Assembly: GCF_037042905.1 (NCBI RefSeq)
Contig: NC_087252.1
Coordinates: 11,658,001-11,718,000, forward strand
Origin: Lytechinus pictus
Lineage: Eukaryota
Reading direction: 5' to 3'
Length of the DNA stretch: 60,000 bases
This document shows, one piece after another, positions 46,801 to 59,280 of this stretch. The position numbers and the translations under genes were made by a program. Under the pieces are notes generated by a model. It was given only the letters and a program-made list of their open reading frames with translations, had not been told where the DNA came from and made no database searches. Numbering within the stretch: position 1 is the stretch's first letter; every line of letters starts with the position of its first letter.

Positions 46801-49800
46801 TCTCCTTCATTTAAGTCGTCTGGATTCGTTATCATCAGCGTACTTGTTCTAAGTGTTTCACTTCCTGGTCGGTCAAATTGATTGATTGTGACATCGGAAG
46901 CATTCTCCAATCTTGATCCATTGAAGAACCAGTGGATGGAACTTGCTTTTGGTCTAGCATCTACCTGGCAGGAGAATAGTACAGCGATGTCGCCAGCATC
47001 ATCTGAAGTTCGACGCATCGATAGGTCCGCAATTGTTGGAGGATCTGTGTATTAAATGTAATACATATACGTCGTAAGATGTAGAACACCGAACGGTGTG
47101 GAATGAACGAAGACAAGGGATCTGAGCTTCATGCTTCGAAACTTATGATGACTGGTGTTAAATGACAATTTTTCATCTTGACACAAGTTCATTTAGTTTA
47201 AAAGACAAAGAAAAGGGGTAAAAGAAACATTTTCATTACATGTAATATGTCAGTAGTGAATGTTCTGACTTATCTAGTGCTACTTGAAATTGAAGGATAA
47301 ACAATATTAAGCTCACAATGAATTCATAACCCATCGTTTCACTCTCCATTGTAGGTGAATAAAATACTTATCTATTTTTGTCTAAAAAACAACAACAAAA
47401 GCACGAACAAACACATCAATTAGGCCAGTATATATATATATATATATATATATATACCCTTATCATAAAACGAATCACAACGATAATGTTGAATAAAATA
47501 TCTTGTTCTACACGTTTTGTATAGTTAATTGAAAATCAAATAAAAAAAATCATGTAAGGAATTAAATTTGCTATTGATATGCTTGGTAACTGAGACTAAA
47601 TATCTATCTTACTTGTTCCTGACTAAATTAATTATTGTTGAAAAGACATTACCAACTTACATGTGACGTTGATCTTTATCCATATGCTCCGAGACCAACC
47701 ACCCGGGGTTTCAGGATGATGTACCTGACAGACAAGATATCGGCCATGGTCTCTCTTCCTTGGAGTGAACGTAAGCACACTTCGTATCATAACTCTGTGG
47801 TTGTCATTAGTGTTTTCTACTGTAAATGATCTGTTGGTCAGATCAGTAATTCCAAGATTCCATTGAAATACAGGAACTGGATACCCATTGTTTGCGATGC
47901 ACGTGACTGATGCGGCGATGCCGTCTTGTAAGTCAGTAGTATTGAGTATCTCTAGAGGATCTGGTGGACCTTATTAAGAACAAAATTACCCAGTGAACAT
48001 GAGCATTACAGGAGGAACATCATCTTATAGTTTAGATTTACTTTGATATAAAAAGTGAGTCACATTAAGTTTTAAGATGTTCTAGATTATGAAAATAATG
48101 ATAACACCAAAATTTTTGTAGCGTCTTCTCCTTAAGATGTCTCACCCTGGTATCACTAATAACGGCAAAAGAAGAAAAAATATATGTAGGTAAATTAAAG
48201 AGGTATGGCTTAAGGTTACAAATTAACCACACAACAAACGTGACCTGTATCAAAGCTAGATAACAACTTACAAGTTTCGAGATCAAATCTATTTGAAATA
48301 AGAATGAGAAAATGAAATTTATGTAATTGTAACTTCAAATTAACTCACCATAAACGACAAGTCTCACTTGTTCATGAACTTGCCATTCCTCGTCAGATGT
48401 CAAACATCGCACAATTTTGTAATGATCACTTCTTTGCAGTGTGATCCGCAACATGCTCTCTCCATCACTTAATGTGTTGTCCATGTTGTCTGGCCTACTA
48501 GTATATGTAATACCACCAGAAAGCGCTGTAGGTCCAAGTTCCCAGGAAAGTGGAATAGGAGGACGAGATCCAAAATATCGGCAGGTAATGTTTACCGGAA
48601 CGTTTTCAAACACGGTAAGAGTTTTGGTTCCCGCGTTGATTTTTATGGTCAGAGAAGATGTAATCTGTAATTCTCTTGGCCTGACTATGAAAAAAGAAAA
48701 TGGGAAACCCTTCATATAGTATTTACTCAGTTTTAAAGTCGTAAGAAAAATGATTTGGGAAAGTTTGTAAATTAACATACTGTATAGATAGCTCGTTTCG
48801 GAGTTTGATATTTTCCATTTTCAATGATCAAAACAATTATTCACAGATCTCTTGCACACGTAGAAACACATTTCTCTCGGTGCAGTTGAGAACACTGAAA
48901 GTGATGGAGGGTTTCATCAAGAGCATATGCATGTTCAGAAGCACATCTGAAGGTCTGAAGCAGTAGTTCTGATAGGCATATTCATTATTAGAATATACAT
49001 CAACTTCATGATTATCTACCAATCCCAAGAGCGTAAAGAATTAGGTCCAGCCTCGTGTCATACATGTGTACCTTGATTTTACATGGGTTTGGAATAAATC
49101 GAAGCATTTATTGTACTTCTTTAATTTGTTATAAATTTAGATTTCTTTTAGATGTTTTTATTTTCGTCTTTCACATCTTATTTCAAAGTTGAAAGTTCTG
49201 GTATCTTTAAAGAACAAAAGAATTATAGCAATTTTTTTTCATAATCTTAAGTATATAATTCCGAACTATAATATAACATTTGGTGAGATATAGATTATTT
49301 TGACTTAGTAATAGAGGTATAAACTCAACGCAAGGATGACTCAGGCATGAAGGAAACGTTGCTCACAATGAAAAAAAAAAGAAAGGGTGAACAAGAAGAC
49401 GAGAGGAACCGAGAGACAAGATAGGACATGTCAAGACAAGAAGAACACGATGAACGTACACGAAAAGTGAGGAAAGTCTAATAGGAAAGGGTTTACGACC
49501 ATGACCACAGAATGTAATCTTGTGATAGAACAAACGTTGATATAACCAGAATCAAAATAATAATAAGATATATATCGAGGAAAAAAAAGACAAAAAAGCT
49601 ATTCAGGAATTCAAATGTACGTTCAGTTATGAGGAATGCAAGAATGAAGCAGGATAATTCGATTTTGATTTTAAATGTGTTCAATGATACATTGCCGTTT
49701 ATGTTATTAGAGAGGGATTTCAAGAATTTAGGGCCATTGTATATGAATGTATAAGTTAAATAGATATAAAGAGTTATATGAAATTCGTGGAAGTGTCCGA

Positions 49801-51379
49801 GTGTCTTATGAGTAAGTAAAAACAGGATAAAAATATTACCTTGAATAAAGAGACTGATGTTTGACTGAAGAACATTCTGAAGCTTACTATGAGATGCCAG
49901 ACAGCTAATAACTTTATTGTGGTCATCTTTAGAAGGTGTGATGGTTGCTACATTCCGAGATACATACGTGATGCCTTCAACAACATTGATTTGATCCATG
50001 ACCTGGATACCTTCAACATCGGTGCGCCATTCAATAAGAGCCGGTGGGCGTGCCCCTCGTACTGTGCAAGTTATGGCATGCTGTTGGCCAGATGTCATCA
50101 AAACGGTTGAGGTATCTGCATATTCCTCCTGACTCAGATTATTGGTGAGAGTGATCCTATACGGTGGGACTAGCAGTCGATCATTATATTTTGGAAGAAA
50201 GCAATATTGGTAAACTCATATTGATTTGTAAAATCTTTTTCCATAAGATGTGTATTATAATATCCATCTGAAACTCTTTACTACTGGTTATTTTATATAG
50301 GGCTACAGGATAATGAAATTCGGGTGCCTCTTTTGATTCTGACTTGGAATTGCGATTGTAATTTCTGATTGGTTGAACATACCCCCCTTTTTCCATTACA
50401 TGACTCATTATTTATATGTTGTCTTCCTTGCATTTAGTATATATCTTTCCCTTGCCAGAAATCTGACATGTAGGCCTGGAAACTCGGTGAATGTGGTTGC
50501 TTCTAGAAGTTCTGCTGGTTCAATGATGAATGTACTTGAAACACATAGAAAACGAATGACATCACCAAACAGTACGTACAACACTAGGCGAGTATAGGAA
50601 GTTATTTTTATATTTAATTTTCACATATGGCCTACATGTAAAGAGATGTTTCAGTTAAACATTTTTTTTGTCTTTATTTAGAATTCACTATAGTCAAATG
50701 CCCTGTACTTTGTGGACCTAGAAAATGCAAACCAATTAAGATAGCATACACCCAAATTAATGAGTATATAGGAAATCACTTCTATTTTTATGAAGTCAAC
50801 TTTAACTGTTTACAATGGAGTAATATCATGCCGCCTACTTGGTGACCTTATCATTTATGAAATCAATGTTTTTTATGCAAAGGACTAATAACTGAATCAC
50901 ATTGAGCTCGGCTTTATATTAGGAGTAATACCAATTTGTGTCTGCGTCCGATGATTTTTCCTTATTGTTTATTACTTATTACAACTCCAATTTCTCAAAT
51001 TTCCATACACAGCACTGACAGCAGCTCCCTTTCCTTACCTGGATTTACTACCTTCAGTGATGTATTAGAAGAATAGACCTTATTAGTTGTAAATACATTA
51101 CATGCATATATTCCATTGTCGAATGTAGTCAAATTGATTATTGTAAGCGATATGCTGCGGTCATTTCCCACGAATTTGTACTTCCGACAATATGCCGTAG
51201 TGCTGCAGTCTCGATACGCTATGAGAGAATTATTATGTGTCCACTTTACTAAATCAGAAGATGGATAATTGCATGTGATTGTAAAATTTTCACCGATGAC
51301 GGGCAAGTCAGAATAAGTCACTGGAACTGGCACTACAGAACTAGGTAGAGTACCTGCAACAGAATGGAAAGGACTAATT

Positions 51380-51410
<31 letters not shown>

Positions 51411-52370
51411 GGGGGGTTAATTTTCAAACAAAAGTATAATTTCAAGTAAAAGTTTCAGCTTATCAAATTCCATAGTTGATGTGCTAATAGAGCTCTTTCC
51501 TTAGCTTTGCCCGCAGGCATTAAGACATATACCTTACGCATGTTGGCTACTGGTTACAATAATATTCGCCTCATATTGATGAACAATAATTTAATTAAGG
51601 CGTAAAGCTTGTCAATATCTTCATTTCTATTATTGAAACGTCAGTCGTATAACTCCAACGAGTTGATATTTCATGTATATAGGCATACCTTAAATATGTA
51701 TCTCATATCTGTAAATGACAGTTTTGGCCATTAAAATCTCTGAATGCCCTATGGTATATGCTTGCTCTTAGAAAATATGATTTTGTTTGGAATTTCGAAA
51801 ACGAGTCCTTTCCTTTTAACTTATATTACACCTTAGGTTAGGAAAAATACATACATTTTGGAAGAATTTACAATTTTCGTTGATATTCGAATTTCTTCCT
51901 TTATTGAAGCAGAATAGGTGAAGGCAAAGTTTAAAGAAATATTAAAAGTGCCAACGCAGCTTAATTAAAACCCGTATAAGCAAGGGAAGTCAAAATGATT
52001 CAGAATTTGAGGGTTTCTTGCCCTAAAAATTGATATCAGATCTGGACACCAACATAAAATAAATTCTTCACTCACTTATTCATGAGCAAATGGATCTCTA
52101 CAAAATCTCTTTCAAAATATCAAGCGTATCTGTTTTTATGTAACACCTGCGCTCATGTCCATCTGTAATTAAATTAGAAATAAACTCCTGTCTTAGCACT
52201 TTACAAATTAATTCTACAATGAAACATATCCGTTTATAGTTTGAGAAGATGATTATTTAATTTTCATGAGCTATTTTTCTCTTTGACAATATTATTTACC
52301 CGATGAACAGCTCACCCTTACCTTTCACAATCCAGGTGATGGCAAGCCACACGAGAACGTAATGTTCCAT
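40397..52370 (-). CDS. Ig-superfamily type I membrane receptor (nephrin/CADM-like Ig domains, FN3, TM, tyrosine-motif tail), about 937 aa if the damaged exon is skipped; exons 52370-52322, 51353-51039, 50169-49840, 48684-48349, 47969-47661, 47044-46739, [46119-45828], 45627-45334, 44748-44728, 43948-43721, 43108-42956, 41449-41418, 40837-40397
   Basis: Signal peptide MEHYVLVWLAITWIVKG; phase 1-1 Ig exons with C...W...C; FN3 (VAWQPGFDGGFQQTF...YRLTLWAENSAG); TM IIAIGVIASISVIIVISLGLMYFY; cytoplasmic LVYISV and TIYASL. Intact exons sum to 2814 nt. Confidence 0.85.
41418..41449 (-). CDS. Ig receptor small cytoplasmic exon (ADNGDQAEGRT)
   Basis: taagcag tandem acceptor, acg|gtatg donor; converts phase 1 to the phase 0 needed by the last exon. 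Confidence 0.7.
42060..42910. repeat. CA-rich degenerate minisatellite
   Basis: Recurrent cacacac / caccctca / aatattgt motifs. Confidence 0.65.
42956..43108 (-). CDS. Ig receptor exon, transmembrane segment
   Basis: MIIAIGVIASISVIIVISLGLMYFYGLMCCTKWKK; 153 nt. Confidence 0.88.
43721..43948 (-). CDS. Ig receptor exon, membrane-proximal Cys-containing domain
   Basis: VSVTWVK...VCF...C...C...RGLCSEPA; 228 nt. Confidence 0.85.
44728..44748 (-). CDS. Ig receptor 21-nt micro-exon (PLQPENYG)
   Basis: tatacag acceptor, g|gtaaga donor, phase 1-1. Confidence 0.7.
45334..45627 (-). CDS. Ig receptor exon, fibronectin type III domain
   Basis: IPDPPS...VAWQPGFDGG...YRLTLWAENSAGNS; 294 nt. Confidence 0.9.
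45828..46119 (-). pseudogene. Ig-domain exon lacking an in-phase acceptor (damaged or skipped exon)
   Basis: ILTCRSDSIPTASISWRWNGTEL...NDGNYTCFAET with a good donor; the nearest upstream AG gives 292 nt (out of frame) and an in-frame TAA lies just upstream. Confidence 0.6.
46739..47044 (-). CDS. Ig receptor exon, I-type Ig domain
   Basis: YPPTI...FSCQVDARP..IHW...NEGEYVCEA; 306 nt. Confidence 0.9.
47661..47969 (-). CDS. Ig receptor exon, C2-type Ig domain
   Basis: GPPDPL...VTCIANNGYPVPVFQW...DHGRYLVCQV; 309 nt (absent from the ORF track). Confidence 0.9.
48349..48684 (-). CDS. Ig receptor exon, C2-type Ig domain
   Basis: NITCRYFGSRPPIPLSW...DHYKIVRC; 336 nt. Confidence 0.9.
49840..50169 (-). 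CDS. Ig receptor exon, C2-type Ig domain
   Basis: ITCTVRGARPPALIEW...DHNKVISCLASH; 330 nt. Confidence 0.9.
51039..51353 (-). CDS. Ig receptor exon, V-type Ig domain
   Basis: GENFTITC..KW..SLTIINLTTFDNGIYAC; 315 nt, phase 1-1. Confidence 0.9.
52322..52370 (-). CDS. Ig receptor exon 1, signal peptide
   Basis: ATG at 52370; g|gtaagg donor, phase 1. Confidence 0.75.
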
Positions 52371-54462
52371 TCTTTGTCGATTTGATAACATTTTTTAATA
52401 CGATAGTACACCAGCGGCCCGTTAAAAATTCTTATAATAATTTCCAAGAACAGTTGAAAGCTACCCAAATCCTGAGTGGTTGATGGTATTTTTTTTACAG
52501 AAATTTGGCATTTGTTATTATAACAAGACTTTCTGTAACGGCAAAAAGACGATGGACTGTAGACTATCATCAGCATCATCAGAAGATATTGAATCCGATA
52601 CAGATGGTTCTCATTGGTTAATTATTTGATTATATCGAGTGATACAAATAGAAAAAAATAACGTCTAGTTGACCGTCGCATCCAGCTTAACATTACTAGT
52701 AAGAATATAATTTTTACCCACAATCCCTTACGGGTTAATGTGTGGAAGTTCCAATTTTTTTACATCATCATGAGGATTTCTGAAGGGCTCTTGAGTTCGT
52801 TCGAGAAGCTTGAAGAGCATTCTTCTTTCGCTTTAGTCTATTAAGTGTATGCGAATCATACGAGGCAAGTTTGATTGATCACCTGTATATGGTTCATCGT
52901 CCCATTGTCAGTTGTAGGCTACGTCGTGATAGTTGTCTAAAGTCTACTGAATCTGATTACGAAGAGAGTTTTCGCTCCTTGAGGTACGGAGGATTTACAA
53001 ATCCAGCAAAATATATTGAAATTGTCCGTCAAATGACAAGGAACAACTGTGGGGTCATTGTCAGATATTGGTGAATCGGAATAGCAGTTTAGTCGCAGGT
53101 TTCAGAGTTGACGAAAAATACAAATATGTCGTTAGTTCAGAGTAAAAAACTAAACTGCTGTTTGATTCACCAATTTTCGACAAAGACATCTCTGCTCTTC
53201 ATTGTCATTTGACGATCATTGCCAATACATTTACTGTGGTCTTGTATCCTCCGTACGTCGTTGTGCTATAACTACCTAGTGAGAGGTCTGCATCACGATT
53301 CATTAATTTTGGCCATAAATTACATTATGACGACACGGAAAGGTCAATCGCCACTTCTCGGTCCACATAGCACATCATACTCATACTGGATACCATCATA
53401 TGGCTCCAACATTCACCAGCAACTGATCCACACTTCTAGCTTTTCATGTTCCCGTATTTCCCAAAATAGTATGATCAATATATGATCGTTATTGTTCTCA
53501 TCCTAAGTTCTTAATGGTCCGAGTGAAAGATCGCTCTGGTCCGCAACCACATGTCATGTGTCTTCACTAAGTCTATTGAAACGCACCCTAATATGCCGAA
53601 CTGCCACGGAAAAAGAAGAGGAATGAGAAAATTCAATATTTGGCATGGATAAAAATATTGTGTTTTTTCTACTTATAATCGAAAGTGATAATCGATAGCG
53701 GCGAATGCTAAAGGATTTGTTTGTGCTTTTGTCATTCAAGGAAATGTGCTTCCTTTTCTATTTTTTACCCTAGTTTGGTATTGTCATGCATCGAGCTTGT
53801 CTTCATTCACAAACAAGAAAGATGAATTAAACAGACGTAGACTGTATCATACATTTCACATTTATTGTTACACTGTACATTATACACATTATATATGTCA
53901 CATGAATTATCGTGAATTAAAAGCGAACTAAAAACCAAAACACATGAAATGAGAGATATCAAAGCCCTCCAGAAAATGATAAGGCTGCTTATTCTTCAAT
54001 GGGTACCAAATTGTCATTATTCCTATCATGTCTACAGTAACTACAGTAACTATACTTTTGGTTCACTAGGTTGATAAATAAAGAACATGATCTAATACAA
54101 CGATAAAAGTAAACGATAAAAGAACAGACACATATGAAACAAATTAATAAAAAAAAAAACAATTATGTAAACGTGTAAAGCGCTTAATGAAATTAGAATT
54201 GTAAGCGCTTTATACACCGTAATTATTATCACCCCGGTCATCGATTCCGGGCAGTGGTTGAAGTTCATAGGAAACATTCTTTTAAAAAGGGGTTTAAAGG
54301 TATCCAAGCCCTCTGTAATTTGTCGATGATACCGTTACCTATTTCTCCCCTTTTTCTTACCAGGGGTTACATCACAGACTCAAAAGGTCTTATTCTTCCA
54401 GTGTGAGTGCTGCTTCATGATTCCGCATTGGTCATACTTGAAATACACATATAGTGCGTCAG

Positions 54463-54494
<32 letters not shown>

Positions 54495-54697
54495 GATTGA
54501 GGGTGTTATCATAACATAATAACAAATACAATACAAATGACCTATGATTGTATCTCCTCTCGGAAGAATATTCATTCACGCGTTAGTAAGCAAAAACAAT
54601 TAGAAGAAAAGTCACCAAAAACTCACTTGGCTGCCGGTATTCGAATTTCAAAAAGAAAGTCGGAAGTCAAAAAGTTTAATATTTATATACCCTTTAA

Positions 54698-55268
54698 AGG
54701 AAACCAAAACCCAAGAGGAGAAACAATCCTATTGGAGATAGTAAAAGGAGAGGAACAATTGAAAACAATTTTCATCAAAACTGGTTATAAACAAAGTAAG
54801 TTATAGACGTTTAAGAAGTCTTGTGTACTTTCTACGGGGATCCTCAAATTGGTAAACATACCTCAAAATTGCTATTTTGTGGACAACTCTCTATTTATTT
54901 TGTCCACAAAGTTTCCTCATCTTTCAAATTGCATCTTTCCTCCATCTGAGCATAACATGTCATGGGAAAATATGATTCTAACCACATACATGTATGTCAA
55001 GGTCAAGAGATGATACGAAATATGTGAAATATAAAGGGGAAAATCTGAAGAAAAAAAAATACAAAAAAAATGGAGAGTTGTCCACAAAATCAGCAATTTT
55101 AAAGCATGTTTGCCAGTGTGAGGATCCCCACAGAAAGTACAACAAGACTTTTCAAACTTCCATAACTCGCTTATTCTATAACCAATTTTGATGTAATAAG
55201 TTTTACAGTGCTCCCCTCGTGTTAATCTTTCTGATAATATTGATTCCTTCCTTATATTTTGGTTTCCT
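54698..55268. mobile_element. Palindromic MITE with TTAA flanks (Kolobok-like)
   Basis: ttaa-aggaaaccaaaa ... ttttggtttcct-t-ttaa; long internal inverted symmetry (gtggacaactct / agagttgtccac, ggggatcctca / tgaggatcccc). Confidence 0.75.
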
Positions 55269-58200
55269 TTTAATGTGATAACTCAATCAATGTAAATGAT
55301 CAAGAAATGCGAAAGTTCTGTTTCTTTAAAATAGTACTTGCATTTCAATAATTTTAATAAATGAAGACGCTTTACGGGCTTGTCGGGGCGGATCCAGGAT
55401 TTGCTAAGGGGGGGGGGGTATTCACGAGGAAAATTTGACAATATCTACAAAAAGATTTTTACCCAAAATTTAAAGTCATTTCGTCCACGAATAAAATGAG
55501 AAAAAGGTCCTTCGCTTTCAAGGGGGGGGGGGGGGCACACTAGTGTTGGAAAGGCATATTTATATTACAAAGGTGGGGGGGGGGGCGCCAGTGACTGTAG
55601 GCAAACCATATATACCATGAAAGAGCAGATATTGACTTACTTCCACAATGAATTTTCTTTTCAAATTCAGATTCTGCTGCCAAGTTTTGGTATCCTTGAA
55701 ATGATTTTGCTCAATCATGCGTGAATGAAAAATCATATACATGTAGGTTACATCGTATGAAAAAAATTCTAAGCTTTAAGATAATGGCCGGATAATGGGT
55801 CATTTGTCTATCATATTTGTGAATAGGTTATGGTAATTCATCAATAATTCTCGGTTCCGTTATCTTGAGACACACTGTATAATAACTGTAGTCTCATGAA
55901 TCAGTTTGGGGGAAATAACTTATGATGAATATTTCTATATTTTTATGCTCTGTGTATCTTTTTATCCATGATAAAGAGACCTGCACCTTTCACAATCAAT
56001 CATGGATATGACTCGTATAAGGAGTATTTGTGTAAGAGGTATAGTATAGGCTTGGCGATTATGATTGTTTGACGGAAAGTGTTTCGCCCGACAGGTATTG
56101 CCAAAACTATGCAGAGAAATGAATGGCTAGAATCTATTAAAAATAATAGCTGATGGATATTGGTAATTGATGGCATTAGTGTCAGAAAGTTTTGTAATGA
56201 CCATCAAATCTTATTACATATTGAGCGGTCTCGAAAGCAAATTAAGATAAAAATAGTGAAACTGAACAAAGTTTCCCATTGAGACTTCAAAACTTCAACG
56301 TCATTCAAAAGTAAATTACACGGTAAGGAAAACGGGCATTAAGGTTCTGGGTCGCTTTGATAATAATCAATGTCGAGTAACCTTTTTGTGATAAGACTGG
56401 TATTCCTATATGGTTTCCAGTTTAAGTCTTCCATTTTCGTCTTGAGCTTCATTCAAGGTTCATCTGATACACCTATTGATCGTACTCTTCATCGCACGTG
56501 TAGAAGTTTTCTTTTTCATTTATTGAAGCTGTTTTGTTTTTCGAGTGGGTCCTCTTCGGACTTAAGCATCATTTTCTGACGCAATAAAACTGGAAAGTTA
56601 ATATACACAAATGTATGGATATACTATGGTAGGGTGAAGGATGCATTCTACAGAAAACTAGACTCGTGAATGTTAATGTAAAGCACATTAGAACAGTACT
56701 TGAAAATCAAAGCCCTGTCCAATCGTAAGCAATCATTACAAAGCAGACGGCTGACCTAGAACCTGCTTCTTCTAGGTGGCTATTAATGATGACACAAACT
56801 GCAACTGTTTCTTTCAACCAGCCTATAAGATAATCCCATCACTACAACCATAACGGATTCTATCCTCTGATATTACATTGTATTTTACGTCTCTTCTCCT
56901 CTGGAGCCTTAGATCTACTACCAGACGTCACGTTGGAAAATGACTCTTCAGCTTTGTACTGTCAGTGTGCTTCCATTACACATCCTTGAACAGCAGGACC
57001 ACCATCACAGATCTACATTTCCTTCCACCGTCACTGCTGTACAGCTGCTGATATAAAATTAGTAAGAAAAATATTCTTCTTTTTCATACCCATTCCGTGT
57101 TTCCGAATAATTATTATCAAGTGTTTTATACAGTGTCATGAAATCCCATCAAATATACCACATGGCACATTATGAGCGCCTGCTTGTTCCTCGCCGATGT
57201 TGCTAAAATGGGCGAGAACCGGCTATAACTCCAAAGGGTAAGTTTGCTCTGAAAATAATAAACGCACTGTACGATCTAAGCTTGATATGAATAGAGTCTT
57301 ATTGCGGGCGGATTGATACGGAAGGGGCTACTCGCAGAGTGGACCTTTCGTAGACCGCTTATGAACTCCGATTTTAGGCTTGTGTGAAGCCCCTGAGGTA
57401 GGGGAGAGATGGTAATGTTATTTTCCATTAGGACTGTATATTTTGTGTAATCGGAATATCGTGTAATTTATCACATATCGTAAACCATGTTAACTAACGC
57501 ATAATTAAAGGGCTGATTTGTTACTTTCCAGTAGATTGCATTATATTGTACATAAATAAATTGTATTCTAGAAATACCGGATGAATATACATGCAGATAT
57601 TTTTATAGTTGAGGTTGCGACTATGCAGTGCGTCCCAAACGAAAGCGGAATATTATACTTTGTCAGCCAAATCACAAATATGATAGACTATTAACTATGA
57701 ACTATCAATCTCCCCTTTTATATGGTTACTTATACTGTAACTATTATTCATTTAACATATAGGTGAAGATAATCTGAGGAAAAAATACAAGTCTTTTGGC
57801 GGACGAAGTCTGAACGTCAAAACAAAATCACGTTTCTCAAAAGTTCAATATCTGCTCTTTTAATACGAAACCTCCACATCTCTCATTAACGATGTGATAT
57901 AGCTACGGTAAGTAATCAGAAAAAGCACCCTTTGATTTTTTAAATTATCGAAAAATAAGCATTAACTTGAAGAGACGGAGCTTTGGTATTCGTTGGTCAA
58001 TTTCTTTGATTGGGGTATCGAATAAAAGAGCAGATATTGAACTATTCAGATATGTGATTTTCTTTTGCAGATACCATCCTGCAAGTGATTCTGCGGTATC
58101 CTTTCTTCAAATTATCCCTACCTATACGCATACGCTGAAATATGACACTTTTAGTTTTTCAGTGATAGGTCATTTGCCTATTGTATTTAGGAGTAAGTTA

Positions 58201-58304
58201 TTAAAAATTAAAAATTATCGGTTTCGGGGGGGGGGGGGGTGTGGGGTTGAGAAGTTTTGTAATTAATCACAGAAAATTTTGTTTTTGAAGTGTAATAGCA
58301 GCAT

Positions 58305-58936
58305 TTTAGGCGAACAATTCTTATGCGAGCGTGATCTATTCGTAAACTATTGTTTAACTTGTCTCAAACTACTTATAAATTAGTCGTGAACTAGTCACGA
58401 ACTATTCGTGAACTAGTCTAGCCTTTATACAAGGCCCTGTGTCTGTTGTGATATTTACATTACATACCTATACGACTGGAGAAAAGACAAAAGACTATTC
58501 GCAAGAAGCCGAGTGAGTGCGAGGATTCGGCGCTCACAAAACGTCGTTCGGCTCGCGCGTTCACTCGGGTATCGCCAGTTCTCTCGGTAGGCCGCTAGTC
58601 TCATTTCAGCCACTTCCTGACGAGGAATAGAGCAAAGTCGCGAGGGCCTTGTCAAAAGGCTAGAACTAGTCGTGAAATGCTTGCCACTCATGCAATGGAG
58701 CGACTTGGCCCGACGAGGTAGCGCACAGTTTACGAATAGTTCACGCCATAATCCCCGAAATTCGTTAGTGCCAAGATTTGAAAAATTAGAAAATTTTGGC
58801 ACGACACTTCAAGCATTGTTCTCCATTTCCCCTCCCACTTCATGACATGGGACGGCGTGGCACGACTCGATGCGTGAACTAGTCGTTAACTATTCGGGCC
58901 CCCAAATCGTGCAAATGAAATAGTAGCATAAGCCTG
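58305..58936. mobile_element. CpG-rich DNA transposon remnant (PIF/Harbinger-like)
   Basis: Repeated gtgaactagtcg / actattcgt motifs and an aaatcgtgcaa...gcct end; family assignment is inference. Confidence 0.45.
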
Positions 58937-58959
58937 CAAGAGTTAAAGTCCTCTTTTAC

Positions 58960-59280
58960 TTGGAATAAAGATTTAGATTGTTTCCTAGCAGCCAGGGTAG
59001 GCCTATGCATATTAATCTGATTCCGTTGTGGTCTTCTTTAGAAGAGGTAATGGTTGCTATCCTGGTAGATAAGTATATTGCACCTTCGATAACATTGATC
59101 TGATCGCGATGATCTTGATACATCCAGCATCGGCGCGCCATTCAATGAGAGCCGGTGGACGTGCTCCTCGTACTGTGCATGTTAAGTCACGTGGTTGACC
59201 TGTCGTCATGGTCACATAGGAGTTGTTTTGATATCCCTCCAGAGACCGATCATCATGAATGATTATGCTACGTGGTGGGG
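58960..59280 (-). pseudogene. Frameshifted paralog of Ig exon 49840-50169
   Basis: LTCTVRGARPPALIEWR in one frame, DQINVIEG.IYLS.R.ATIT.SKEDHN in another; C-terminal part shortened. Confidence 0.8.

Noticed and set aside
50466..50534. Possible small exon between the first two Ig exons
   Set aside because: Phase-1 reading hits TAG within ten codons and there is no good GT donor.
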